Of a stretch of 64,000 bases of DNA, positions 18,278 through 30,148 are shown piece by piece. The DNA is from an uncultured Gemmatimonadota bacterium (GTDB lineage Bacteria > Gemmatimonadota > CAZMKB01 > CAZNLH01). A program made the translations under genes and the position numbers. A model generated the notes under the pieces. The model made no database searches. It had not been told where the DNA came from and saw nothing but the letters and a program-made list of their open reading frames with translations. Within the stretch, counting starts at the first letter, position 1; each line of letters starts with the position of its first letter. The stretch covers positions 659-64,658 of the forward strand of contig CAZOAR010000007.1 of assembly GCA_964577985.1 (NCBI GenBank), read 5' to 3'.

Positions 18278-19494
18278 TCGGAAACAACCTTATTCAGATA
18301 CCTCTCCATCTTACCGACGACATTCTCCCACGATGTGTGTTTCGCTATCGCCAGCCCCTTCGTGATGCGCGCGTCACTGTCATCCACTGTTGCCATCTCT
18401 TTTTCAAACGATTCAACATCACCGGCAATTCCGACGATGTTCGAGAAGAATCTCTCCACGTCCGGTATGGCACTGGAGATCACCGGTTTGCCCGCGGAAA
18501 AATACTCGAGAAGCTTCGTCGGGTAGATATGGCGTGTCAGATCGTCTATCTTGAAAGGAATCAGGCAGACATCCCATCCCCGGACATAGTCGGGGAGCTC
18601 GTCATAGCTTCTCTTCCCCAGTATGTGGACGTTCTCGAGCCGATCCATATCCCTGTTCCTCTTGGTCACCGTACCGATCAGGACGATCGCCCACTCCGGA
18701 TGCCTCGTGGCAATCCCTTCGATCAACGGCCAATCGAAGCGCTCTCCCACATCACCGAAATACCCGAGTATCCTCTCGCCCCCGATATCGGCCACATCGG
18801 CGGGTGTCTCCAGAGAGTCGTCGCACGCCCGGTTGAAATGATCGAAATCGACCCCGCACGGGATGAAGTGGATATTCCCTGCGTGTTCCTTCTTCTTCAG
18901 ATAGAGGGAATATGTCCCCGTAAACACGACTCCAGCCCGCTGGAGGAGACTGATCTCGCGCTGACGCGTTCCCTTCTGCGCCGTGGGGACGGCGGCGTAC
19001 TCGTCCTGCACGTCGTAGGCTACTGGAGCCCCCTTCCAGTAGCGGGTGAGCGACTCGGCGAAGGGATGAGAAAACCACAGAATTCCCGGCGTAATCCCGA
19101 TCCGCCTGCTCTTGCTCAGGAGGAACGACTTCATATACAACCGGTTGATGTGTCGTACGATCGGCAGTCTGCTCTCTCCGACAAGCACGGGCAGCGAAAT
19201 GGCAAAAATGTTGTCCGTCACCCAGGAACCCCGGAGGCTGAAGGGATGCCTGTCAAACTGCACCAGGAAATGAAACGGAAAGGTCGAGACGTAGAGTATC
19301 TTTCTGGTGCTGGAGAGGTGCTTCGCCACATGCTGGTTCCTCAGCCAGACCTTGTCCCACGGAAGATGCGAGATGAAGAGGATGTCGCCGCCGCCGTGAT
19401 GATCTCTTTCGCTGCAGAAGCAGCCGCGCATTATGATGAAGGGAAGTCTCAGGAAAAACATGGCGATGTGGAACAGGCCGGTGAGTAGAGCCAT
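18241..19494 (-). CDS. Glycosyltransferase (GT-B, GT4-like)
   Basis: IPCGVDFDHF, GYFG, DVCLIPF, PTKLLEYFSAGKPVIS. Confidence 0.88.
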   Translation of the reverse strand: MALLTGLFHIAMFFLRLPFIIMRGCFCSERDHHGGGDILFISHLPWDKVWLRNQHVAKHLSSTRKILYVSTFPFHFLVQFDRHPFSLRGSWVTDNIFAISLPVLVGESRLPIVRHINRLYMKSFLLSKSRRIGITPGILWFSHPFAESLTRYWKGAPVAYDVQDEYAAVPTAQKGTRQREISLLQRAGVVFTGTYSLYLKKKEHAGNIHFIPCGVDFDHFNRACDDSLETPADVADIGGERILGYFGDVGERFDWPLIEGIATRHPEWAIVLIGTVTKRNRDMDRLENVHILGKRSYDELPDYVRGWDVCLIPFKIDDLTRHIYPTKLLEYFSAGKPVISSAIPDVERFFSNIVGIAGDVESFEKEMATVDDSDARITKGLAIAKHTSWENVVGKMERYLNKVVSDCDERNRKSDSC

Positions 19495-19587
19495 TTATTA
19501 CGTACTCTCTCTCTGCGATGTCGATACCGTGTCGGAATAACCCGTCCGATGAGACGCCGAACGCGACCCCATTGTGGGCTGGACGAA

Positions 19588-19617
19588 ACTATAGCACCGA
19601 AGGGAGGTTCATGTCAA
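19588..19617 (-). promoter_or_regulatory. Putative sigma70 promoter of the GT4 pair
   Basis: TTGACA-18 nt-TATAGT with TGn extension. Confidence 0.65.
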
Positions 19618-19810
19618 GAAAGCGGAGACGCTCGCCGGTCTGTCCCCACCCGCCAATGCAACCGGAAGGATCAAGGCGTGGGATATTGCAGGATGAAGGT
19701 TAGGGAGAGGAATCTGTAGCACCTCCGCCTTATTCAAGGCGTATTCATTGGGAGTAACGGGAATTGCCGCCACGCCTGCGTGGGAGTCTTCCGAAATACA
19801 ACGTGCCGGA

Positions 19811-22639
19811 TCATCGATTTCCTGATTCCTTCCACTCCGGCAACTCGAAATAGAAGGTAGTACCAATATTCATTTCCGTTTCGAACCCGATACTTCCGCC
19901 GTGCCTCTCCACGATCGATTTCGCGATATTCAGGCCGAGGCCGGTCCCTCCCTTTTCTCTCCTGACCGAGGAATCCGCCTGCGTGAATTTCTGAAAGATT
20001 CGATCCCTGAAATCCTCGGAGATGCCCGGGCCGTGATCCCTGACCGCAACGCGAACGTGCTCATCGGATCTGATGACCGAGATCTCCACGGACGCGTCTG
20101 GAGGAGAATACTTGGCGGCGTTGGAAAGAAGATTCGTCATGACCTGCATCAGGCGGCCCCCGTCTCCATGGACCTGGACCTCCGGCATCTGATCGTCGAG
20201 TACAAACTCAACATCAAACTGCTCTGCAAACGTTCGGTTATCCTCTATCGATTGCTTGACCAGCGGTTTCAGCGCAAGTGGCTCAAAATGAAAGTCCATT
20301 CTGCCCGACTCGATCTTCTGAACATCGAGCAGGTCGTCAATGAGCCGAACGAGCCTGGCGCTGTTCCGGTTGGCTATCTCGACAAGTTCTCCGAACTGGC
20401 TCTTGAAATCGCCCGACATCTCTCGCACCAGGAGACCTATCGCCGCATGAATCGATGTCAGCGGCGTCCTCAATTCGTGGCTGACCGTCGAGACAAATTC
20501 ATCCTTCATCTGCTCGAGCCTTCTTTTCTGGCTGATGTCCCGAACGACGCCGTTAACGCGGTACACCTCACCGTCTTCCGTGAACTCTATATCCTTTCTG
20601 TCACTCACCCAGATTACCCGGCCATCGCTCCTTACAACACGATACTCCGTAGTGACGAGGGCCGCCCCCTCTCCGAGCCTGATATGTTCATCCACCTTCG
20701 CATTCACACCGGCGATATCGTCCGGGTGGATGATCCGTCGGGCAAATCCGGACGGGTCCGCCTCTATCTCTTCGATGGAATATCCGGTCTGCTGCGCGAA
20801 CGACGGTGAGATAAAATCGTAGCGGTTCAACGACGGATCGTAACGGTAGATGACATCTGTCACCGATGAGACGAATCGACGGAGGCATTCCTCGCTCTCC
20901 CGCAGTTTCTCCTCCATCTCCCTGCGCGCGGTTATGTCTCGAGCGAGCGCCACATAACGTGCGTCAGGGGACTCTCGATCTCCCTTCGCCGCTATCGACA
21001 ACTCAAACCACTTTACGCCTCCGGGCAAATCCATCGAGTAGCATGCCCCGGAGTGGCTGCCGGTCTCGACGGCCTCGCGCAGAGCGTCCATGATAATTCG
21101 CGCGGGCTCAGGAGGAAGGATTTCCTCAACCGTCCTGCCGATGAACATGTCCGGCTGGACATACAAGCTCTCGGGGCTCGAAGCACTATAACCGTAAAAC
21201 CTGCCCTCAGCATCGATTTCGAACATGAGATCCGGCAATGCTTTCAGCGTTGCCTCGTTCATCTGGTGAGCCTCTCGCAGCTGCCTCTCGCTATCCCTCC
21301 GCTCGGTAACATCATGAACCGTTCCCACCATCCGCAAAGGCTCTCCATCCGGGCCGAAGGTCACCTCCGCGCGTTCACGGACGATTCTCACACTGCCGCC
21401 AGGCTGGACGATACGATGATCGATGTCATAAGGCTGTCCGCTGTACTGCGCTTCATCTATCTTCGTGCTGACGTAAGCCCTGTCGTCGGGATGTACACAG
21501 TTGAGAAACGCCTCGTGCGTGGCGCCGAATTCGCCGACGGTTAACCCGAAAATTCGATATATCTCGTCCGACCAGATCAGCCTGTTCTCCGCAATATCCC
21601 AGTCCCAGTTTCCCATGTGGCCAATGCGCTGCGCCGCGGCCAGGCTCTCCCTGCTTCGGCGAAGCGCTCTCTCCGTTTCCTTTCGCCCGGTGATGTCGTG
21701 CAGAAATACCAGAATCGCCTGCCCTTCCCCACATGACGTGGCGGTCGCCGCCACCTCCACGTCGATGACCTCACCATCGAGCCTGATGATCTTCTCTTCG
21801 ATCAGTTCCACACTGTCACTCTCTCCGGAGAGGAGCTTCCGCATGCGCTCCAGGACAATATCGCGTATCTCCAGGGGAGAAAACTCGATGACATCCCTCC
21901 CGACGAGTTCGTCAGGGTTCTCCGCGCCGACCAGCCTGGCCGCCGCATTGTTCGCGTATCTGATCTTCCCTTCGCTGTGAACTACGATAGCGTACGGCGC
22001 CTGTTCCACCGCGTTGTGGTAACGCCGCTCGCTCGTGCGGAGCGCATCCTCCATCCGCTTTCGGTCGGTGTTTTCCACCACCTCCCATCGCCCGTTCTGC
22101 CGCGTCAGGACATAAGGATGGCGGTTCACCACATCGATCATCTCCGGCATATCGAGTTTGTCGGATGCGTAGGAACATATGCCGATCAAGCGCAGTTCGT
22201 CGATTGCCATGTTTACTTCCGTTTCATACCGAAGGAGTTCTTCCCACTGCACACCTTCGGCGCCGCATATATTCCCCGCCGCGCGGAGTCCGGCGAATCC
22301 CGCATCGCGCACATGTTTCATCTTGTCGTCCCAACGCCGCAGCACCCTCTGCGGGTCGAGTACTCCTGAAGAGAGATACCACTCCTTGTAATCGATAATC
22401 CCGAGCTGCTTTCGCTCGAAGTATTCGTCAAGGCTCCCGACTTCCGCCTCCAGACTCGTCCGGGCCGATTCCACATCGATCGGCGTCGATGTTATCCAGA
22501 GGCAGGCCTCGTTGTTCTCCAGACCGACCTTGAAATAAGGGACCAGGACGTCCAGAAGGTCCTCTCTCGTCTTGTAGAATTGGCAGATATGCGTGCCCCA
22601 CGGCACTTCATCGAGGAAATCGAGTCCGAGCTTTCTCAT
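19811..22639 (-). CDS. Cytoplasmic histidine kinase: MEDS + multiple PAS/PAC + HisKA + HATPase
   Basis: PWGTHICQFYKTREDLLDVLVPYFKVGLENNEACLWI (MEDS); repeated HPDD PAS motifs; VSHELRTPL, NLLSNAAKYS, GGTGLGLNI; no TM segment evident. Confidence 0.88.
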   Translation of the reverse strand: MRKLGLDFLDEVPWGTHICQFYKTREDLLDVLVPYFKVGLENNEACLWITSTPIDVESARTSLEAEVGSLDEYFERKQLGIIDYKEWYLSSGVLDPQRVLRRWDDKMKHVRDAGFAGLRAAGNICGAEGVQWEELLRYETEVNMAIDELRLIGICSYASDKLDMPEMIDVVNRHPYVLTRQNGRWEVVENTDRKRMEDALRTSERRYHNAVEQAPYAIVVHSEGKIRYANNAAARLVGAENPDELVGRDVIEFSPLEIRDIVLERMRKLLSGESDSVELIEEKIIRLDGEVIDVEVAATATSCGEGQAILVFLHDITGRKETERALRRSRESLAAAQRIGHMGNWDWDIAENRLIWSDEIYRIFGLTVGEFGATHEAFLNCVHPDDRAYVSTKIDEAQYSGQPYDIDHRIVQPGGSVRIVRERAEVTFGPDGEPLRMVGTVHDVTERRDSERQLREAHQMNEATLKALPDLMFEIDAEGRFYGYSASSPESLYVQPDMFIGRTVEEILPPEPARIIMDALREAVETGSHSGACYSMDLPGGVKWFELSIAAKGDRESPDARYVALARDITARREMEEKLRESEECLRRFVSSVTDVIYRYDPSLNRYDFISPSFAQQTGYSIEEIEADPSGFARRIIHPDDIAGVNAKVDEHIRLGEGAALVTTEYRVVRSDGRVIWVSDRKDIEFTEDGEVYRVNGVVRDISQKRRLEQMKDEFVSTVSHELRTPLTSIHAAIGLLVREMSGDFKSQFGELVEIANRNSARLVRLIDDLLDVQKIESGRMDFHFEPLALKPLVKQSIEDNRTFAEQFDVEFVLDDQMPEVQVHGDGGRLMQVMTNLLSNAAKYSPPDASVEISVIRSDEHVRVAVRDHGPGISEDFRDRIFQKFTQADSSVRREKGGTGLGLNIAKSIVERHGGSIGFETEMNIGTTFYFELPEWKESGNR

Positions 22640-22840
22640 GGTTCCCGGGTCCTGTCAGTGTTGGTTGCGAATCGCTGATTGCGCCGAATATGATGAATTA
22701 CTCATACAGCCATCCTCTACAATGTCTGGCTGCAAACATCATGCTTTCTACACCTGAAGTCGGTTTTATATCAACAGATACGGCTTCCTCCGGGGAAGAA
22801 ACCGCTGATGAGCGATCCAGCGGACGATCGGAGGTGATTC

Positions 22841-23017
22841 ATGAAAAGATCCTGCTTTCTGGTATCAACCAGAGTAAATATAACCGCCCCTTTTTCCTAT
22901 CGCAAGAATAATATCCGTGTTGTATGGACGCGCCGAGTCCCGACGAACGTCACGGGGAGAATCTTCCCCGGATACCCCGTTACATGCCTTACTGCCCTGA
23001 ACCCTCTTTTACCTTGA
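22841..23017 (+). CDS. Possible 58-aa small ORF
   Basis: Strong SD GGAGGTGA before ATG (MKRSCFLV...); no recognisable family. Confidence 0.25.
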   Translation: MKRSCFLVSTRVNITAPFSYRKNNIRVVWTRRVPTNVTGRIFPGYPVTCLTALNPLLP

Positions 23018-23042
23018 TTTTTTCGTTACGGTTTATTATCTT
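23014..23042 (+). promoter_or_regulatory. Putative sigma70 promoter of the atp operon
   Basis: TTGATT-17 nt-TATCTT. Confidence 0.55.
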
Positions 23043-23091
23043 GATTGTCTTTGTTAGCTTGCTCCTGCACCCGCGCGGGGAGGGCGAGACG

Positions 23092-23307
23092 ATAAAGATA
23101 GACGCGAGAGCCTTCGGGAAGTTCGCGGGGCTCGGGATACAGCTCGGGGTCACAATAGTGGCCTTCTGTTTCCTGGGTTACTATCTCGACGGCCGTCTTG
23201 GAACGCTCCCGCTGCTGACCATTCTCGGAACTTTTATCGGAGCGGCGGCGGCATTCTACAGTATTTACATGCAGGTGTTTCCTGGAGACGACACCAAGGA
23301 GGAGTGA
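23092..23307 (+). CDS. AtpZ/AtpI-family F0F1 assembly protein (gene 1); apparent ATA start
   Basis: LGIQLGVTIV..LGYYLDGRLGT.P two-TM signature; SD GGGGAGGG 7 nt before in-frame ATA. Confidence 0.75.
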   Translation: MKIDARAFGKFAGLGIQLGVTIVAFCFLGYYLDGRLGTLPLLTILGTFIGAAAAFYSIYMQVFPGDDTKEE

Positions 23308-23314
23308 TCGCCTT

Positions 23315-23698
23315 TTGAGTAACCTGTTCGGGAGATACCTGGTGAGGGCCGTTCCATTGACGATTGGTATCGTGGCCCTTGCCGCATGGCCAGCGGAAAA
23401 GTGGCTGGGAGACAGGGTACTCTGGAGCCTCATCACGGGGGCGGTGGCAAGCGCAGTGGTCGTGTCGGTAACGTTCGCCGCACTCGCGTGGTCGTTCGAG
23501 AAGCCGAACCGGACATTCATGACGGCGTACGTGGCAGGGTTTCTGGGAAGGATGGCCGCCCTGGGCGGGTCGATCCTGATTTTCAACATGGTCGACAGCC
23601 TCGACGTGGTATCGGGAGCCATAGCGATGCTTTTTGTATACCTCGTCCTGACGGCTCTGGAGATAAGACAGATCCACAGGTTCAGATCGATTTTTTAG
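23315..23698 (+). CDS. atpI: ATP synthase I-chain-like membrane protein
   Basis: Four hydrophobic segments, GFLGRM motif, position directly before atpB; TTG start. Confidence 0.65.
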   Translation: MSNLFGRYLVRAVPLTIGIVALAAWPAEKWLGDRVLWSLITGAVASAVVVSVTFAALAWSFEKPNRTFMTAYVAGFLGRMAALGGSILIFNMVDSLDVVSGAIAMLFVYLVLTALEIRQIHRFRSIF

Positions 23699-23715
23699 GC
23701 TCGCGGGAGAGTTAA

Positions 23716-24567
23716 GTGACAGGACAGGAAGGATTGGAAGCAGCGACTCAAGCAGAGAAGGGCGCCGGAGAGATAGTCGGCGAGGCCCTTCATCATATAC
23801 AGGATTCGCACTACCTCGATTTTTTCGGTCATCACGTCAACCTTCCCCATCTCTCTCTCATGGGACTCGACATATCGATCACAAAGAACGTCGTTATGAT
23901 GTGGGTCGCCGCCGTGATCCTTCTCTTCATCTTTACTCTCTTCGCCAGAAAGAGAAGCATAAAGCCGAGGGGGACATTCCTTAACTTTTTCGAAGCGTTC
24001 GTCTTCTTTGTCCGCGATGACATGGTCTATAAGATTATGGGCGAGGAACAGGGAAGAAAATGGCTCCCCTTCTTCCTGACCCAGTTCTTTTTCATCCTCG
24101 TCTGCAACCTTCTTGGACTCGTCCCGTTCGGGGCAACCGCGACCGGCAACCTTGCCGTCACGGGCTCCCTCGCAATAATTACACTCGTTATGATCCAGGC
24201 GGGCGGGATGGTAGAGCAGGGCTTTTTTACCTATTTGAAAAACATCGTGCCACCGGGCATTCCTCTCTGGCTCTATCCGATAATGGTTCCGGTGGAGATC
24301 CTGTCACAGTTTACCAAACCTTTCGCCCTGACGATTCGACTATTCGCGAACATGACGGCTGGACATGTCGTGATGCTTTGTCTCATCAGCCTGATCTTTA
24401 TATTCAAGGGCTACGGTACAGGGGTGGCTGTCGCAGTCTCAGGTCCCGTTCTGTTCTTCGTGCTTTTTATCCAGGTACTCGAGATTCTGGTGGCGCTTAT
24501 CCAGGCCTTTATATTCACGTTTTTGTCGATCCTTTTTATCGGTTCGGCCCTCCGTCCCGAGCATTGA
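23716..24567 (+). CDS. atpB: F0 subunit a
   Basis: CNLLGLVPF, KPFALTIRLFANMTAGH, LEILVALIQAFIFTFL. Confidence 0.96.
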   Translation: MTGQEGLEAATQAEKGAGEIVGEALHHIQDSHYLDFFGHHVNLPHLSLMGLDISITKNVVMMWVAAVILLFIFTLFARKRSIKPRGTFLNFFEAFVFFVRDDMVYKIMGEEQGRKWLPFFLTQFFFILVCNLLGLVPFGATATGNLAVTGSLAIITLVMIQAGGMVEQGFFTYLKNIVPPGIPLWLYPIMVPVEILSQFTKPFALTIRLFANMTAGHVVMLCLISLIFIFKGYGTGVAVAVSGPVLFFVLFIQVLEILVALIQAFIFTFLSILFIGSALRPEH

Positions 24568-24629
24568 AGAGGGACAGTGGAGGTGCCCTGACACACCCAA
24601 CAACCTCTTATTGTTAAGGAGGATGCAAG

Positions 24630-24848
24630 ATGGAACTCACTTTTTTTGGCGCTGCCATGGGAGCCGCAATCGCAGTTTTCGGAGCCGGCTACGGTATCAG
24701 CGGGCTTGCCAGTAGCGCTCTCGAAGGAATCTCCCGGCAGCCGGAAGCATCCGGCGACCTGAGAGCGACCATGATCATCGCCGCGGCCTTAATCGAGGGA
24801 ATTGCGCTCTTTGCACTGGTCATCTGTCTTCTCATCGGCCTGCGCTGA
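24630..24848 (+). CDS. atpE: F0 subunit c
   Basis: RQPEA loop, AALIEG carboxylate. Confidence 0.97.
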   Translation: MELTFFGAAMGAAIAVFGAGYGISGLASSALEGISRQPEASGDLRATMIIAAALIEGIALFALVICLLIGLR

Positions 24849-24864
24849 TCGGAGGATTATTCAG

Positions 24865-24886
24865 GGCACGGGATGTCACCCGTGCC
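24865..24886 (+). other. Stem-loop after atpE
   Basis: GGCACGGG-ATGTCA-CCCGTGCC perfect 8-bp stem, no U-tract. Confidence 0.6.
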
Positions 24887-24907
24887 GACAGTTTTTCGGA
24901 GGGATAA

Positions 24908-25414
24908 ATGTCCCAGGAGCTTAACATCCTTGAAATAAATCCCGGTCTGATGTTCTGGACGATTGTGACGTTTGTCATTCTCTTCCTGGCATTGAAGAAA
25001 CTGGCGTGGAGGCCTATCCTCGGCGCACTGGAGAATCGGGAGAAGACAATCAGGGATTCACTTGAGGAAGCGGCGACAAACAGGGAAGAGGCTCAGAGGC
25101 TCTTGACGGAACACGGCAGGAAGCTCGAAGAGATCGGATCCGAGGCCCAGAAACTCCTCGAAGAGGGAAGAAACCTGGGTGAGAAGATGAAGAAGGAGAT
25201 CCTGGCCAAGGCGCGGGAAGAGGCTGAGGAGGTGCTCAACAGGGGGAAACACGAGATCAGTCTCGAGAAAGACAGAGCCGTAGAAGAGATCCGCAGGAAC
25301 GCCGTTGACCTCTCTATAGCCGCCGCCTCGAAACTCGTAAGGAAGAACCTGGACGAGGAAGATCACAAGAGAATAGTCCTCGAAGCCATCAACGACCTTG
25401 AAGAGATGAAATGA
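24908..25414 (+). CDS. atpF: F0 subunit b
   Basis: N-terminal [21 protein letters not shown], coiled coil. Confidence 0.95.
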   Translation: MSQELNILEINPGLMFWTIVTFVILFLALKKLAWRPILGALENREKTIRDSLEEAATNREEAQRLLTEHGRKLEEIGSEAQKLLEEGRNLGEKMKKEILAKAREEAEEVLNRGKHEISLEKDRAVEEIRRNAVDLSIAAASKLVRKNLDEEDHKRIVLEAINDLEEMK

Positions 25415-25986
25415 TCGAGAGAACGGTGGTCAGGATATACGCTGAGGCGCTCTTTCAGATCGCCGACGAGAAGAAACGGGTAGAAGAGACCTGCGAGGAG
25501 CTCCGGGAACTCGAGAGCCTCTTCAATGGTTCGAAGGAGCTTTCCGCGTTCCTGATATCACCGCAGGTGGATCGGCGGGAGAAGAAACGCGTCGTGCAGA
25601 AGACACTCGGCCAGGCCTTCTCCCCTCAGATAATCCACTTCCTCCTGACGCTGATCGACAAGAACAGGGAGCCGCTGATCCCGTACATGGCAGACGAGTT
25701 CAAGGATATCCTCGACAGGATCCACAACAGGATCGATGTCGAAATCACCAGCGCCGTACCACTTCAGGAAGACGCCATCCGGAAGGTGAAGGAGACCCTC
25801 TCAAGATCTCTCGAGAAGGAGATAATCGTCCACACGAAGACGGACCCTGACATTATAGGGGGCATTGTCGTCAGGGTGGAGGACAGGGTACTGGATGGAA
25901 GTATTCTCGGACAGCTCGAGAGGCTCAGGATGCGGATGCTTGGAAAGGACAGAAGGAGAGTTACTGTAAATGAAGATTCGGCCTGA
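25411..25986 (+). CDS. atpH: F1 subunit delta
   Basis: [33 protein letters not shown]. Confidence 0.95.
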   Translation: MIERTVVRIYAEALFQIADEKKRVEETCEELRELESLFNGSKELSAFLISPQVDRREKKRVVQKTLGQAFSPQIIHFLLTLIDKNREPLIPYMADEFKDILDRIHNRIDVEITSAVPLQEDAIRKVKETLSRSLEKEIIVHTKTDPDIIGGIVVRVEDRVLDGSILGQLERLRMRMLGKDRRRVTVNEDSA

Positions 25987-27511
25987 AGAGATAACCTCTG
26001 TCATCCGCAAGGAGATAGAGGCGTACGAAAAGGAGCTTGATGTCGAAGAGGTCGGGACAATTCTCGAAGTCGGAGATGGCATCGCTCGCATCTATGGACT
26101 GAACCGCACCATGGCCGGCGAGATGCTCGAATTCCCCGGAGACGTGTATGGACTCGCGCTGAACCTGGAAGAGGACACTATCGGCGCGGTCATCCTGGGG
26201 GAATACATAGAACTCAAGGAGGGCGATATCGTCAAGCGGACAGGGCGAGTCCTCGAAGTCCCCGTAGGCAAAGGGCTGCTCGGTCGCGTCGTGGACCCGA
26301 TGGGAAACCCCCTGGACGACAAGGGGCCGATCCAGGCGGAAGACCACATGAAGATCGATATCAGGGCTCCGGGCGTCGTAGAGCGCCAGCCCGTAAAAGA
26401 GCCGCTCCAGACAGGTCTCAAGGCCATCGATTCGATGATTCCTATCGGACGAGGTCAGAGGGAGTTGATTATTGGCGACCGGAGCACCGGCAAGACCGCC
26501 GTCGCCATCGACACTATCATCAATCAGAAGGGCGCGGATGTAATCTGTGTCTATGTCGCCATAGGCCAGAAGGCATCCACTGTGTCCCAGATCGTCCAGG
26601 GATTGAAGGAACATGGTGCCCTCGACTATACCATAGTCGTATCCGCAACATCAGACAAGCCAGCTCCCATGCAGTATATCGCCCCATACTCGGGCTGCGC
26701 GATGGCGGAGCACTTTATGTACCACCAGAATCGCGCTACGCTCTGCGTCTACGACGATCTCTCCAAGCATGCCCAGGCATACCGCCAGCTCTCTCTTCTG
26801 CTGAGAAGACCGCCGGGTCGCGAAGCGTATCCCGGTGACATCTTCTACCTCCACTCGAGGCTCCTGGAGAGGGCGGCCAAGCTCTCGGATGAAGAGGGTG
26901 GAGGCTCGCTGACAGCGTTGCCGATAATCGAGACGCAGGCGGGTGATATCTCCGCGTACATTCCGACGAACGTCATTTCCATCACGGACGGTCAGATTTA
27001 TCTCGTCACGGATCTATTCTACGCGGGTGTCAGGCCGGCCATTGATGTGGGTTATTCCGTCTCACGAGTCGGGGGGAACGCGCAGAACAAGGCGATGAAG
27101 AAGGTGGCAGGACGGCTCCGGCTGGACCTGGCTCAGTTCAGAGAGCTGGAGGCGTTCGCTCAGTTCGGCCAGGAACTCGACAAGGCGAGCCAGCAGCAGT
27201 TGACCCGAGGAGAGCGGATGGTTGAGATCCTCAAGCAGGGACAGTACAAGCCAATGCCCGTGGAGGATCAGGTCCTCATCATTCAGGCGGGGACCAGCGG
27301 CGCGCTCGACGATGTCCCGATAGACCTTGTCAGGAAATTCGAGACCGCGTTCATTGAACATATGAGGGCGAAGAAGAGCGAGATAATAGAGGAGGTAGCA
27401 ACAAAGAAAGAGATCTCGGCAGAGCTGGAGAAGAAGATCAACAAAACCATCTCCGCGTTCAAGGCCTCGTTCATGGCCTCCGAGGCGAAAGCATCTAAAG
27501 GGAAGAGCTGA
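25970..27511 (+). CDS. atpA: F1 subunit alpha
   Basis: [28 protein letters not shown]. Confidence 0.98.
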   Translation: MKIRPEEITSVIRKEIEAYEKELDVEEVGTILEVGDGIARIYGLNRTMAGEMLEFPGDVYGLALNLEEDTIGAVILGEYIELKEGDIVKRTGRVLEVPVGKGLLGRVVDPMGNPLDDKGPIQAEDHMKIDIRAPGVVERQPVKEPLQTGLKAIDSMIPIGRGQRELIIGDRSTGKTAVAIDTIINQKGADVICVYVAIGQKASTVSQIVQGLKEHGALDYTIVVSATSDKPAPMQYIAPYSGCAMAEHFMYHQNRATLCVYDDLSKHAQAYRQLSLLLRRPPGREAYPGDIFYLHSRLLERAAKLSDEEGGGSLTALPIIETQAGDISAYIPTNVISITDGQIYLVTDLFYAGVRPAIDVGYSVSRVGGNAQNKAMKKVAGRLRLDLAQFRELEAFAQFGQELDKASQQQLTRGERMVEILKQGQYKPMPVEDQVLIIQAGTSGALDDVPIDLVRKFETAFIEHMRAKKSEIIEEVATKKEISAELEKKINKTISAFKASFMASEAKASKGKS

Positions 27512-27523
27512 GGATAACAGAGG

Positions 27524-28402
27524 ATGGCCAGGGCAAGAGAAATAAAACGACGAATCAAGAGTATCAAGAGTACTCAGCAGATCACGAAGACCATGGAAAT
27601 GGTCTCGACATCGAAGCTGAAGAAGGCTCAGACCAGGCTCATCGATTCCCGCCCGTACAACGCCGCCCTGAGGGAGATGACGACCGATCTCCTCAGGGGA
27701 CTCGGAGGGAAGAGTGCCGATCCGCTGATGCAGTCGTACGCCGATGTGAAATCGGTTATCCTGTTGCTGATCACATCGAACAGGGGGCTCTGCGGCGCAT
27801 TCAACAATAATCTCATCCGTCTCTGCCGGGAAACCATAGACAGTTTTCGCGAGCGGGGAATCGAGGTCCGGCTCTTCATCTCCGGCAAGAAGGGGACTTC
27901 CGCCATTCGCTACATGAAATACCCGATAGAAGAATCGTTTACCGAACTCTCGGAACTCCCCGCGATCGAGACCCTCACCCCGCTGACGGAGAAAATGATC
28001 GAGGAATTCTCCTCCGGTCGCGCGCAGGAAGTGCATCTCATATACAGCGCTTTTCAGTCCGTGATGAGCCAGAAGCCGGCACTCGAAAGAGTCCTGCCCA
28101 TCGGCGAGCAGAGCTCAGCCTCGGAAACCACCACCGGGGAGGACAGATACATTATAGAGCCCTCGGCGGAGTCGATTCTGGAGAGTCTGTTGCCCGCTTT
28201 CGTGAGGAACATGGTCTATCAGGCGTTTCTCGAGACGCACACGAGTGAACATGGTGCCCGGAGAACAGCGATGAAATCGGCGTCAGAAAACGCCGACGAC
28301 ATGATCACAACGCTAACCAGATGGTATAACCGGGCGCGGCAGGCGCAGATCACCCAGGAGCTCTCGGAGATCGTCAGCGGAGCGGAGGCACTGAAGGGAT
28401 GA
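27524..28402 (+). CDS. atpG: F1 subunit gamma
   Basis: QITKTMEMVS, RGLCGAFN, YNRARQAQITQEL. Confidence 0.97.
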   Translation: MARAREIKRRIKSIKSTQQITKTMEMVSTSKLKKAQTRLIDSRPYNAALREMTTDLLRGLGGKSADPLMQSYADVKSVILLLITSNRGLCGAFNNNLIRLCRETIDSFRERGIEVRLFISGKKGTSAIRYMKYPIEESFTELSELPAIETLTPLTEKMIEEFSSGRAQEVHLIYSAFQSVMSQKPALERVLPIGEQSSASETTTGEDRYIIEPSAESILESLLPAFVRNMVYQAFLETHTSEHGARRTAMKSASENADDMITTLTRWYNRARQAQITQELSEIVSGAEALKG

Positions 28403-28470
28403 GCCCCGCATATCATCATTATGAAGGGTCGGCTTTTCGCACGACGATATATGACAGGTTGCACGCGTAG

Positions 28471-29988
<1,518 letters not shown>

Positions 29989-30148
29989 TGCATCTCACGA
30001 GCCGATCACTGGTCCCGACGATCCGGGAGGCCCATGGCTGTGTTTCTCACGCTCGAAGTGCCCGTGGGTACGCACTGCGTCGTCGCGCCAGGCAGGGAAC
30101 CTTGATAGATCCACATAATTGTCAACGAACTCAGGAGAAGGTACGCTG

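Noticed and set aside
19609-19866. Possible response-regulator remnant after the MEDS kinase
   Set aside because: No receiver-domain motifs in any frame; region contains the GT4 promoter
22924-23091. ATG-started N-terminal extension of the first atp gene
   Set aside because: No SD, lies upstream of or across the predicted promoter, and is not part of the family signature
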